Source of the DNA: an uncultured Gammaproteobacteria bacterium
GTDB taxonomy: Bacteria > Pseudomonadota > Gammaproteobacteria > Steroidobacterales > JABDMI01
Reading direction: 5' to 3'
Assembly (NCBI GenBank): GCA_938039225.1
Contig: CALHVH010000003.1
Span: forward strand, 1-39,516
DNA length: 39,516 nucleotides
Positions within the stretch are counted from its first letter, which is position 1. Every line of letters starts with the position of its first letter. Made by a program: the position numbers and the translations under genes. The notes under the pieces were generated by a model that made no database searches, was not told where the DNA came from, and worked only from the letters and a program-made list of their open reading frames with translations. Below, piece by piece: positions 19,544-28,049 of the stretch.

Positions 19544-20026
19544 TCAAAGCCCTTTTTCCCAGAATTCAGCTTTGCCCATTTTTGGGTCAAGCTCATAACC
19601 TTCAAAACCAAATTTTTTGTACGAGCTTTTGGCTGGAGTATTCATTGACAGAACTTCCAATGTGAGTTTGCAGCAGCCGCGTTGCTTAGCAACTTCTTCA
19701 ACTTTTTCTAACATTTTTGTACTGATTTTTAATCCACGAAATTCTTTAGCTACGCCAACATCATGAATATTAATTATAGGTTTGCATTTAAAACTGGAAA
19801 AAGTTTGTAAGTTATTAACCAATCCAGCCGGTTTGTTATCCACATAAGCCAGCACGCTAAAGGCACCAACTTGTTTTGCTAATTCACCAGCGACTTTTTC
19901 TTGTATGCCTTCATCTAAAGGGGCATTAGCCCCCATGGGATCTTTGGCGTATTCATTAAGCAAAAAACCAATATCTTTTGCATGTTGAGGATTGTGGTAG
20001 TCAGCGATGAGTATTTCTATGTTCAT
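19544..20026 (-). CDS. GNAT family N-acetyltransferase
   Basis: 160 aa. VGVAKEFRGLKISTKMLEKVEEVAKQRGCCKLTLEV resembles the acetyl-CoA binding motif A (R/Q-x-x-G-x-G/A-like). It follows PaiB, as in paiA/paiB pairs. Confidence 0.7.
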   Translation of the reverse strand: MNIEILIADYHNPQHAKDIGFLLNEYAKDPMGANAPLDEGIQEKVAGELAKQVGAFSVLAYVDNKPAGLVNNLQTFSSFKCKPIINIHDVGVAKEFRGLKISTKMLEKVEEVAKQRGCCKLTLEVLSMNTPAKSSYKKFGFEGYELDPKMGKAEFWEKGL

Positions 20027-20032
20027 GGTTAA

Positions 20033-20638
20033 TTATTTTATTAAAAGTGAGTTAATAAGATCGGCGGGCGAGTGGGTACTTCTTTGTATAAGTTTTTCTT
20101 TGGCAAGTTGCATATCTTGTGCGCTTTTATCTTGTGATAATTTAAAGCGTCCAATTAAGCTCTCTATTGTGATTTCGAACCCTAGAATGTAATCAATTAA
20201 GGATTGAATACGTTTTTCTTCCCGATTGAGAGAGTAGGGTTCAGCGCTGGTTTCTAAAAATCTTGTCATATTTTCAATAGAATCCAAAATTTCGGCATTA
20301 GTCTTTAATGTCTTAGTCATACCCTTGAGTTCTACTGTAATGTAATTCCAAGTTGGGAGCTGTGATGAAGCATAAACCTTAGGAGATATATAACAATCTG
20401 GACCTTGGAAGATGACGCTAATTTTTTGTGCATCGAATAGTTTGGACTGAGGATTATTTTTATCAATATGTCCGACTAAAACCCCATATTTTCCACGTTG
20501 AGTATCTAAAATTAATGGCAACTGAGTTATAAGAACATCATCCTCTGTTTTTGAAATCAAAGTTGCAAAAGGATAGGCTTGAATGACTCGATGAATTTTA
20601 TTTACATCAGTTTCTATATGGTGTTTTGGAGGATACAT
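20033..20638 (-). CDS. FMN-binding negative transcriptional regulator, PaiB family
   Basis: MYPPKHHIETDVNKIHRVIQAYPFATLIS...LPLIL...GHIDKNNPQ...YISPKVY...PTWNY and the FKLSQDKS C-terminus match the PaiB/pyridoxamine-phosphate-oxidase-like family. 201 aa. Confidence 0.75.
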   Translation of the reverse strand: MYPPKHHIETDVNKIHRVIQAYPFATLISKTEDDVLITQLPLILDTQRGKYGVLVGHIDKNNPQSKLFDAQKISVIFQGPDCYISPKVYASSQLPTWNYITVELKGMTKTLKTNAEILDSIENMTRFLETSAEPYSLNREEKRIQSLIDYILGFEITIESLIGRFKLSQDKSAQDMQLAKEKLIQRSTHSPADLINSLLIK

Positions 20639-21094
20639 TTATTCTGCAGATATAATATTGTGTTGAATTAGATAATTTTTAATCTTATCCATTAAAGGTT
20701 GATCAATTGCTAAATCAAAGGGACGGGCATTTTCCCAATCATAAAACCACACTGGCTTAGTTTTTAATTCCTCGGCTTCATTGTCGTAGCGAGGAAATAT
20801 GTGACCATGCAGAGCGGGTTCAAGGTTGCCTAGAATTTCATAGTTAATTCTCTTGGCATTAGTTATAGCTAGCAAAGCATCACCAACTAAGCCCATTTCT
20901 TTATGAAAGACGGCACGCGTTTCAGTATCCATTGCATTTAAATCGTCCACCACTGGATCGGCCAATATTAAACAATAACCCGGTAAAAACTGCACATCGC
21001 CCATAACTAACCAACCCGATTGCAGTTTTGCAATAGCTTGAGCGTGAGTGCCAGCATGACATTCGCGAACTTTTTTATGTATAGCAGTTGGCAT
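20639..21094 (-). CDS. HIT-like (histidine triad superfamily) protein
   Basis: 151 aa. PGYCLILADP and LEPALHGHIFPRY resemble a HIT/GalT-like nucleotide-binding fold with a partial triad (H-G-H-I-F). The stop abuts the PaiB start (0 nt gap). Confidence 0.5.
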   Translation of the reverse strand: MPTAIHKKVRECHAGTHAQAIAKLQSGWLVMGDVQFLPGYCLILADPVVDDLNAMDTETRAVFHKEMGLVGDALLAITNAKRINYEILGNLEPALHGHIFPRYDNEAEELKTKPVWFYDWENARPFDLAIDQPLMDKIKNYLIQHNIISAE

Positions 21095-21096
21095 GG

Positions 21097-22047
21097 CTAT
21101 TTTTTATCGGCAAAATTTATGAATTGGCGAGTATTACTACTCGCAAAGTGACGTTCATGTTTATCTAGTAAAAAATTAATCACATCCACTGGTTCTATTT
21201 TTACGGTTGGTTTTATAGCGACCGTCGTTAAGCTTACGCTTAAGAATTTCTCATCTGGTGAGTGAGGGTGGTGGATCGATAAATCCAAAACTTTGTTTGC
21301 TATATTAATTAAGTGATGTTGGTTTTCATCCGTAAAGTTTCCAAGCATTAGAGAAATAATACTATTATCTTGATAGCGGGCAACTGTGTCGCTTGCTCTC
21401 TTTAAAGTGGTGTTAATAATGTAAGCAATTCTCCTTAAAGCCGACTCAGCAGCTGCAGGTCCAAACGTTTTGGTATAGATATCAAAATTATCAGGAGTGA
21501 ATATGGCTAAAGAAATTTCACGCTCTTCGCGTAGCCAAATATTCCAAGCTCTTAGGTATTGAGTTTCAAAATATTCTTGTTTGTATATTCCGGTTTGTTG
21601 GTCTCGCTGGCTTATTACACGATTAGCTTTACGTTGTGTGCGAGCCAAATCATTTTCACTTATATTGCCTAAGTTCTCCATGCTGCCAACATAATGAGTA
21701 ATTTCGCCGCTCTCAGAATGTAATGGTCTAACGGTTAAACGATTCCAAAACGCCTCACCATCCTTAGTGTAATTTCTTAAAGTAACAACACAGCTTGTTT
21801 TTTGATTTAGGGCTTTGTGTAGATCTTTAAGAGCCGCTTGATCGTCGTCCTCGCCTTGCAAAAATCTTGGGTTTTTACCAATGACTTCAGTTTCATCGTA
21901 ACCAGTGATTTCACAAAATGCTTTATTCACATAGCAGATAGCCCAATCTGAAGCTAGGTTCTCAGTGATAATAATTCCAGAGTCATTATGATCAATTACT
22001 TGTTTAAATAAAATTTGGCCTAGCTCGTTCATACTAATTAAACCCAT
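21097..22047 (-). CDS. LOV-type PAS domain (Cys-less) fused to a degenerate GGDEF domain with retained RxxD I-site
   Basis: GIIITENLASDWAICYVNKAFCEITGYDETEVIGKNPRFLQGEDDDQAALKDL...LRNYTKDGEAFWN is collinear with canonical LOV (GRNCRFLQGxxTD...NYxKxGxxFWN), but Cys is replaced by Pro (codon 21868-21870). The C-terminal half is GGDEF-like (DQQTGIYKQEYF...), with RASDTVARYQDNSI where RxxD-x5-GG(D/E)EF is expected (21358-21399). Confidence 0.75.
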   Translation of the reverse strand: MGLISMNELGQILFKQVIDHNDSGIIITENLASDWAICYVNKAFCEITGYDETEVIGKNPRFLQGEDDDQAALKDLHKALNQKTSCVVTLRNYTKDGEAFWNRLTVRPLHSESGEITHYVGSMENLGNISENDLARTQRKANRVISQRDQQTGIYKQEYFETQYLRAWNIWLREEREISLAIFTPDNFDIYTKTFGPAAAESALRRIAYIINTTLKRASDTVARYQDNSIISLMLGNFTDENQHHLINIANKVLDLSIHHPHSPDEKFLSVSLTTVAIKPTVKIEPVDVINFLLDKHERHFASSNTRQFINFADKK

Positions 22048-22130
22048 TTTTATAATTTTTAAGATTATAGCAAATTGTACAGTAACAAACCCTTAAGAAA
22101 AATTGATGATATTTCTGTCCTCAGAAAGGC

Positions 22131-23330
22131 TTAATTACTTCTTGCATTACCTTTAAACCATACATTTTTAGGGTATATTCCACCTAGTTGATAGCATAGA
22201 AAATCTGGATTTGGTATGTCCCAGAGGGTCATATCTGCTTGTTTGCCTATTTCTAAACTGCCACAATGTGAGTCTAAGCCCAAGGCCTTGGCAGCATTTA
22301 ATGTGATGCCCATTAGGGCTTCTTCGGGGCTTAAGTTAAAAAGATGCACACTTAAATGTAAGGCAGTAAGAATACTTGGGATTGGAGCTGTGCCAGGATT
22401 AGTGTCGGTTGCGACCGCCATAGCAACTTTATGTTTGCGTAATAAATCAATAGGTGGTTTTTTGGTTTCTTGTAAGAAATAAAAAGCACTGGGTAATAGC
22501 ACAGCAATTGTTTTGTTTTTTGCCATAGCTTTGGCGCCATGTTCTTCTAGATACTCTAAATGGTCTGCTGATAAAGCACCTAATTCAGATGCGAAGGCCG
22601 CAGCTCGCTGATTGGATAATTGCTCTGCGTGAACTCGGGTCTTTAAATTATATTTTTTTGCTGCTGTAAATAACTTTTGCATGGACTCATTACTAAAAGC
22701 AATATGTTCATTGAATATATCTACTGCATCTGCAAGGTCTTCAGCGGCAATGTTTGGCAACATATTAGTAATAACATCGTTTAGATATTCTTGTTCAGTC
22801 AGTTCTTTTGGAATAGTATGGGCACCTAAAAAGGTGCTGACTACATTAAGCGCAAGAAGTTTATTTATCTTGCGAATTGCTCGTAGCATTTTAATTTCAT
22901 TTTCTAAATTTAATCCGTATCCACTCTTGATTTCTATAGTAGTTACGCCTTCAGATTGGAGGTTTTGAATACGTGGCAGACTCTGTCTAATCAGCTCATC
23001 TACACTAACCGCACTTACAGCTTTTACGCTGGCATGTATACCACCACCCGCAGCATGAATATCAGCATAACTAGCGCCTGTTATTCTCATCGTATGTTCG
23101 TGTGATCTGTCGCCACTAAAAACAATATGTGTATGACAATCAACTAAACCAGGTAAAAGACAAGCACCTTCTGCATCATAGTATTCTTTAGCTGGAAGAA
23201 GGCCAGTTTTACCCTTATCGCTTATTTCATTGATTTTTCCATTTAAAATGGCTATTTGATTGGCTGTAGAACGTTCACAATTATGTGACATCGGGTACAA
23301 TCTAGCATTATGTATAACTAAATCATTCAT
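22131..23330 (-). CDS. hutI: Imidazolonepropionase
   Basis: LPGLVDCHTHIVFSGDRSHEH..., GGGIHASV, IEIKSGYGL, HAEQLS, SADHLEY and DTNPGT are collinear with Pseudomonas HutI as I recall it. 399 aa. Confidence 0.9.
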   Translation of the reverse strand: MNDLVIHNARLYPMSHNCERSTANQIAILNGKINEISDKGKTGLLPAKEYYDAEGACLLPGLVDCHTHIVFSGDRSHEHTMRITGASYADIHAAGGGIHASVKAVSAVSVDELIRQSLPRIQNLQSEGVTTIEIKSGYGLNLENEIKMLRAIRKINKLLALNVVSTFLGAHTIPKELTEQEYLNDVITNMLPNIAAEDLADAVDIFNEHIAFSNESMQKLFTAAKKYNLKTRVHAEQLSNQRAAAFASELGALSADHLEYLEEHGAKAMAKNKTIAVLLPSAFYFLQETKKPPIDLLRKHKVAMAVATDTNPGTAPIPSILTALHLSVHLFNLSPEEALMGITLNAAKALGLDSHCGSLEIGKQADMTLWDIPNPDFLCYQLGGIYPKNVWFKGNARSN

Positions 23331-23428
23331 TTAAATTCTCAATGTTGTGAGTATGGGTTAAAGCTTTGGATTACCTAAAGTATTTTGTAAGTACTGCTAC
23401 ATTATAAACACACATAAAGTAATACGGT

Positions 23429-24775
23429 ATGACTCAATCGCTTAAGTTTGAATATGTTTTATGCGGCAATGAAATTCGCCACCATCAGGCCATTGAGTTT
23501 GACGCCGATGGGCGCATTATTAAAATCATTCCTACCGAAGCTAACCAATGTAAAAAAGGCTTGGCAGTACCCGGAATGCCTAATGCTCATAGCCATACAT
23601 TTCAAAGAGCTCTAACTGGCTTCGGAGAAAATCAAAGCCAAACTAATAAAGACGATAGTTTTTGGTCTTGGCGTGAAAACATGTACGCATTGGCGAATCA
23701 ATTAAACGCTGAACAACTTTATAATATTGCTCGTCAAGCTTTTATGGAGATGCTGCAGGCTGGTTATACCAGTGTAGCTGAGTTTCATTATTTACATCAT
23801 GATCAAGAGGGGCGAGCAACTTTTGCGATGGCAGATGCAGTGATGTTGGCTGCTCGAGACACAGGAATTCGATTACGTATACTGCCTGTCTTATATATGC
23901 GTGGTGGCTTTTCTATTCCTGCACAGCCAGAACATTTTAGGTTTGTAACCGCTAGTTTGTCTCAATATTGTAAATTACTAGAGCATTGCAGAAAACATAC
24001 AGCAACTGGAATCGCACCGCACTCTTTGCGTGCTGTACCTATTGAACATTTCCCAAAATTAGTTAAATACGCTGGAGCAATTTTGGGTAAAAAATTCCCT
24101 ATTCACATTCATATTGCGGAGCAGAAACAAGAAGTTCAAGATTGTTTGGCCGCTCATCAAAAATCTCCAGTGCAACTGTTAGCCGATACAATGGCATTAA
24201 CTTCGCAGTGGAATTTGGTGCACTCAACGCATATTAATGGGCGAGAGATGGATCTCTTAGCAAGGTCTAATGCTCAAGTGATTTTAACGCCTTTTACTGA
24301 GGCTTATCTTGGTGATGGGGTTTTTCCAGCCTCTCAGTTTGTAAAGGCTGGTGGCCGTTATGCGATTGGTTCTGATAGCAATACAAGAATCGATGTGCTT
24401 GGCGAACTGCGTTTACTAGAATACGCACAAAGACTCATATCAAGAAAGCGTTCACGTTTAGCAAACACTCAGGGCTTGGGTCAAAATATGTGGACAATGG
24501 CAGCAAAAACTGGAGCTAAGGCGGTACAATTTACTGTAGGTGAGATTCAAATAGGACATCATGCCGATTTAGTTGTGCTGGATACTGCTAGAGCCCCTTT
24601 GAATGGTTTACCAGTCGACAAATTGCTTGACGCGGCGGTTATTGGTGGCGCTAGAGATTTGATAAAAGAAGTCTATGTGGGAGGCGAGCAGGTTATTTTT
24701 GATAATGCCCATAGGTACTCTGAGGAAGTCAGTTTAAGCTTTGCTGAAACCATGCAAAGCTTAAAGATGCCTTAA
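23429..24775 (+). CDS. hutF: Formimidoylglutamate deiminase
   Basis: Amidohydrolase with PGMPNAHSHTFQRALTG, IAPHSLRAV, HIHIAEQ and GSDSN. 448 aa. It lies immediately upstream of an N-formylglutamate amidohydrolase gene and divergent from hutI. Confidence 0.8.
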   Translation: MTQSLKFEYVLCGNEIRHHQAIEFDADGRIIKIIPTEANQCKKGLAVPGMPNAHSHTFQRALTGFGENQSQTNKDDSFWSWRENMYALANQLNAEQLYNIARQAFMEMLQAGYTSVAEFHYLHHDQEGRATFAMADAVMLAARDTGIRLRILPVLYMRGGFSIPAQPEHFRFVTASLSQYCKLLEHCRKHTATGIAPHSLRAVPIEHFPKLVKYAGAILGKKFPIHIHIAEQKQEVQDCLAAHQKSPVQLLADTMALTSQWNLVHSTHINGREMDLLARSNAQVILTPFTEAYLGDGVFPASQFVKAGGRYAIGSDSNTRIDVLGELRLLEYAQRLISRKRSRLANTQGLGQNMWTMAAKTGAKAVQFTVGEIQIGHHADLVVLDTARAPLNGLPVDKLLDAAVIGGARDLIKEVYVGGEQVIFDNAHRYSEEVSLSFAETMQSLKMP

Positions 24776-24796
24776 GTCGTTTATCTTATTGAATCA

Positions 24797-25609
24797 ATGC
24801 ACTCATTTAATATAAGTAAGCCAACCCAGCCAAGACAAGCTATTGTTGCAAGTATTCCTCATACGGGAACCTTTGTGCCACAAGATATACAAGCACTATT
24901 TGCTTCCTCAAAAGTGGCTCAATTGCCTATGACCGATTGGTTTTTGCATGAACTCTATGACTTTTTGCCAGAACTAGGCATAAGCGTCATCTCTGCAAAT
25001 TACAGTCGCTACGTGGTTGATCTTAACCGTTCACCGGTTCCTCTAGAACTCTATCCAGGGCGTTTTGAAACTAAGTTAGTCTCTGATAAAGATTTTCAAG
25101 GCGAGCCAATTTTTTCATCTTATCCAAGTGACGATAAGATTGAATTTTATAAAAAAACTGTTCACGAGCCTTATCACACCGCATTGGATGATTTATTGCA
25201 AGAGGTAATAAACACCCGTGGCGAAGTGTATTTATTTGATTTGCACAGTATTGCCAAGCATGCCACTTTGATTCATGACGAGTTAGATAAGGATATTTAC
25301 CTAGGCAATCGTGATAATAGAAGTTGTTCAAGACACTGGCTTGAAACGGTTGAACAAGAGTTTGCTCAACAGAATCTTTCGTCTCAAAAGAATGCCCCGT
25401 ACAAAGGTGGTTATATTACGCATCATTACGGTTTAGCCAGTAATGTGCATGCGATACAAATAGAAATGAATCAAAGCTTGTATTTACCGCAAGAGACGGT
25501 GCTGCTTGAAGATTGTGAAAAGCTTGTGCAGAGTTCTGAATTCCGAACAACTAAAAACAATTTAAAAAAAATATTTAAGGCTTTAATCAGTCAATTAAGT
25601 GAACAATAA
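24797..25609 (+). CDS. hutG: N-formylglutamate amidohydrolase
   Basis: FGase-family features: IPHTGTFVP, YSRYVVDLNR, FDLHS, GGYITHHYG and AIQIEMNQSLY. 270 aa, in hutF context. Confidence 0.75.
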   Translation: MHSFNISKPTQPRQAIVASIPHTGTFVPQDIQALFASSKVAQLPMTDWFLHELYDFLPELGISVISANYSRYVVDLNRSPVPLELYPGRFETKLVSDKDFQGEPIFSSYPSDDKIEFYKKTVHEPYHTALDDLLQEVINTRGEVYLFDLHSIAKHATLIHDELDKDIYLGNRDNRSCSRHWLETVEQEFAQQNLSSQKNAPYKGGYITHHYGLASNVHAIQIEMNQSLYLPQETVLLEDCEKLVQSSEFRTTKNNLKKIFKALISQLSEQ

Positions 25610-26951
25610 CATGACACAGCAATACACTATTTCTAGTTTGGCACGTACTTTACGTTCTTTAGAAGGTAGTTTGCCCGATATCGAAAACGAAGCCCTTGAA
25701 CAAGAAGAAATTTCTCAAATCATTGAAGCTAAGTATTTCAAGCCCCAACAAGACGAACGCATTGCTGAGTGGTTTACTAAATTTCTGACAGTCAGAGGAA
25801 GTTTGTGGGACATTATTGATGAGGTACACAGTCACGTCACGGTTGGGCTTAAAAATATTCACACTTATGAAGAATATCAATTTTTTGTGATTGGTTATGT
25901 GGCGGCTTGTCATGTAGTTCGTTTAGATAGATTTTTATTAGAGCAATTTGCGACGCATACTTTTATTCAACGCAAACTAAATGAAGGCGTTCCAGAAAAG
26001 AAAATCCCCCGAAAGCAATATACACATATTTTTGAGTCATTTATTGCCATTGAAAATGCTCAACGTATGTTAGCTGTGATGAATCATGCGAGTAAAGAGA
26101 GAAGTAAACTAAAGGTTTTAGCCAATGATCCCGATGTTGGTTACTTTATAAATAATCTCTATAAATATCGTTCAGCTCTTGATGATAGTAAACAAAATTA
26201 TTTAGAACGTGGCGTGCACTTTATTAAACATGCTTTTAAAAGGCGTGGTGCTTCAATAAAACAACAAAGTCAATTTAAGGTTTTAGAAGCTTCAGGGCGC
26301 GTTTTTTCTGAATTGGTCAATAAAAAAGGTAAGTTGGTTACACCACAGATACGCGAGCAAGTTAGAGAGATGCTGCAACCTGGTGATGTAATGGTTACAC
26401 GACATAAATACGCATTAACCAATTTATTTTTACCAGGGTTTTGGCCACATGCAGCATTATTTGTTGGGACACATGAAGAGCGAGAAGCTAGAGGTATTTC
26501 TATTGAAACTCAGGTGCGTTCTAAATGGCGTGATAATAAATGTACCTTTGAAGCTTTAAAAGACGGAGTATTGTTTAGGCCCCTAGAAGAAACTTTAGCG
26601 GTAGATGCCTTTGTAGTTTTACGGCCAACACTTTCACAATCGGGCATAAATAAAGCAATTGAACGTATAGTTATTCATGAAGGGAAAAAATATAATTTTG
26701 ATTTTTTCCGTGCGGATAGATTGGTATGTACTGAGTTAATGTACCGCGCTTTTGATGGCATTGAGCATATGAATATTGAACTTAAAGAACGAGCAGGGCG
26801 ACCAACTTTGTCGGCTGAAGATTTATGTGATATTGCTTTAGATACTGATATGTTTGAGCCAGTAGCCATTTATGGGGTGAGAGACTTTGATAGATTAGTT
26901 TTTGATAAGAAAGAAGTTAAGCAATTGTTGAGTGAGAGTTTTAGAGATTAG
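25599..26951 (+). CDS. YiiX/YaeF-type permuted papain-like (NlpC/P60 clan) hydrolase with ~250-aa uncharacterised N-terminal helical extension
   Basis: The C-terminal third has LQPGDVMVTRH...WPHAALFVG...EALKDGV...KYNFDF...LVCTELMYRAF, matching the permuted His...Cys order of the YiiX/C92 family. I do not recognise the N-terminal region. An alternative start at 25611 (MTQQY) would remove the 11-nt overlap with hutG. Confidence 0.55.
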   Translation: MNNNMTQQYTISSLARTLRSLEGSLPDIENEALEQEEISQIIEAKYFKPQQDERIAEWFTKFLTVRGSLWDIIDEVHSHVTVGLKNIHTYEEYQFFVIGYVAACHVVRLDRFLLEQFATHTFIQRKLNEGVPEKKIPRKQYTHIFESFIAIENAQRMLAVMNHASKERSKLKVLANDPDVGYFINNLYKYRSALDDSKQNYLERGVHFIKHAFKRRGASIKQQSQFKVLEASGRVFSELVNKKGKLVTPQIREQVREMLQPGDVMVTRHKYALTNLFLPGFWPHAALFVGTHEEREARGISIETQVRSKWRDNKCTFEALKDGVLFRPLEETLAVDAFVVLRPTLSQSGINKAIERIVIHEGKKYNFDFFRADRLVCTELMYRAFDGIEHMNIELKERAGRPTLSAEDLCDIALDTDMFEPVAIYGVRDFDRLVFDKKEVKQLLSESFRD

Positions 26952-27018
26952 GCTTTCGACTATTGTCGAACCCATTGTGGATTGCTTAGTTATCACGATA
27001 TTTTAAAAAAGAGTAAAT

Positions 27019-27972
27019 ATGAATTTCATTAAAAAATTATTTGGCAAAAAAAAGACAGATTCCTCTGATGATGACATCGCTCCTGTAGAAGTGGATAGAA
27101 ATAATGAGGGTATTGCTGTCTATGATAAAAGCGGAAGTAAATTCGCAATAGAAAAAGACCAATACCGTAAAAATGTTCTTCCAGGTATTTTCAAAACTTC
27201 TTGGGATAATCCGCAAGAACTGTATAACGCAATAATTATGGCATTGAATGATGGTTTCTCAGCAGAAACATTGGAGCCCGCAAGACGATTATTTGAAATT
27301 GATCAAATTCATGAACGCGGTGCTACCATTTTTGGTATTTCATTACTGAAAAATGAACGCTATGCAGAAGCTCAAGCACATTTTGAAAGTTATATATCAA
27401 AAAATGGAAAGTCAGGGGTACTGCTAACGAATTTAGCGAAGGCTTATTCATTTCAGGGTAATGAAACTAGAGCTAAAGAAGTGCTTTGGGAGGCTATTGA
27501 GTTATTCCCAAATTTGAGTAATGCCGTTGAGTGGTTAGCTGCGATGGGTAAAGAAAAGGATGGTGAAAAGGGCTATCTGGAAACGATGAGTCGGATATCA
27601 GAGTTAGATGGGAGTTGGTATGCTGATTTATGGTTAGCGAGACATGATTTAGAGTCTTCTAATCTAAAGCTGGCAGTCCAAAGATATGAAAAAGTTTTAG
27701 CTTTAGGCTCTGATTCAGAAGAGGCTTTGTATATGATGTCTGGCGATTTAGGTAAGCATGGGGCTGTAAATGAAATTATTACGCTTGTGCTTCCTGTATT
27801 TAACTTATCTAAACACGGAATAGGCCCAGCAATGAATCTCTTGCAAGCCTGTTTAGAAACAAAAAATATTAATCAAGGGGTAAAGATATTGTCAGAAATC
27901 AAGGCGCTTGATCGTCCTGATTTAACTGAGCATATCGTTTTCTATGAAACTGAGTTTTCAAAAATATCTTAA
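27019..27972 (+). CDS. Hypothetical protein, TPR-like helical repeats
   Basis: 317 aa, cytoplasmic. Repeated helix-pair segments (YAEAQAHFESYISKN..., LAKAYSFQGNETRAKEVLWEAIELFPN, LKLAVQRYEKVLALG) are suggestive of TPR. No catalytic motif recognised. Confidence 0.4.
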   Translation: MNFIKKLFGKKKTDSSDDDIAPVEVDRNNEGIAVYDKSGSKFAIEKDQYRKNVLPGIFKTSWDNPQELYNAIIMALNDGFSAETLEPARRLFEIDQIHERGATIFGISLLKNERYAEAQAHFESYISKNGKSGVLLTNLAKAYSFQGNETRAKEVLWEAIELFPNLSNAVEWLAAMGKEKDGEKGYLETMSRISELDGSWYADLWLARHDLESSNLKLAVQRYEKVLALGSDSEEALYMMSGDLGKHGAVNEIITLVLPVFNLSKHGIGPAMNLLQACLETKNINQGVKILSEIKALDRPDLTEHIVFYETEFSKIS

Positions 27973-28049
27973 TCTGATATTGTATTCTTAAAATACAACT
28001 CTACTAATTATGAACCCGTATTATTTATTCAAGCAAAGGTAAAACTTCT

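Noticed and set aside
23386-23401. TGTAAGTACTGCTACA in the hutI/hutF divergent region as a possible HutC (GntR-type) operator
   Set aside because: Only the outer TGTA/TACA arms are complementary. The centre is not symmetric with them, and no hutC gene is in the window. This is too weak to call without a matrix search.
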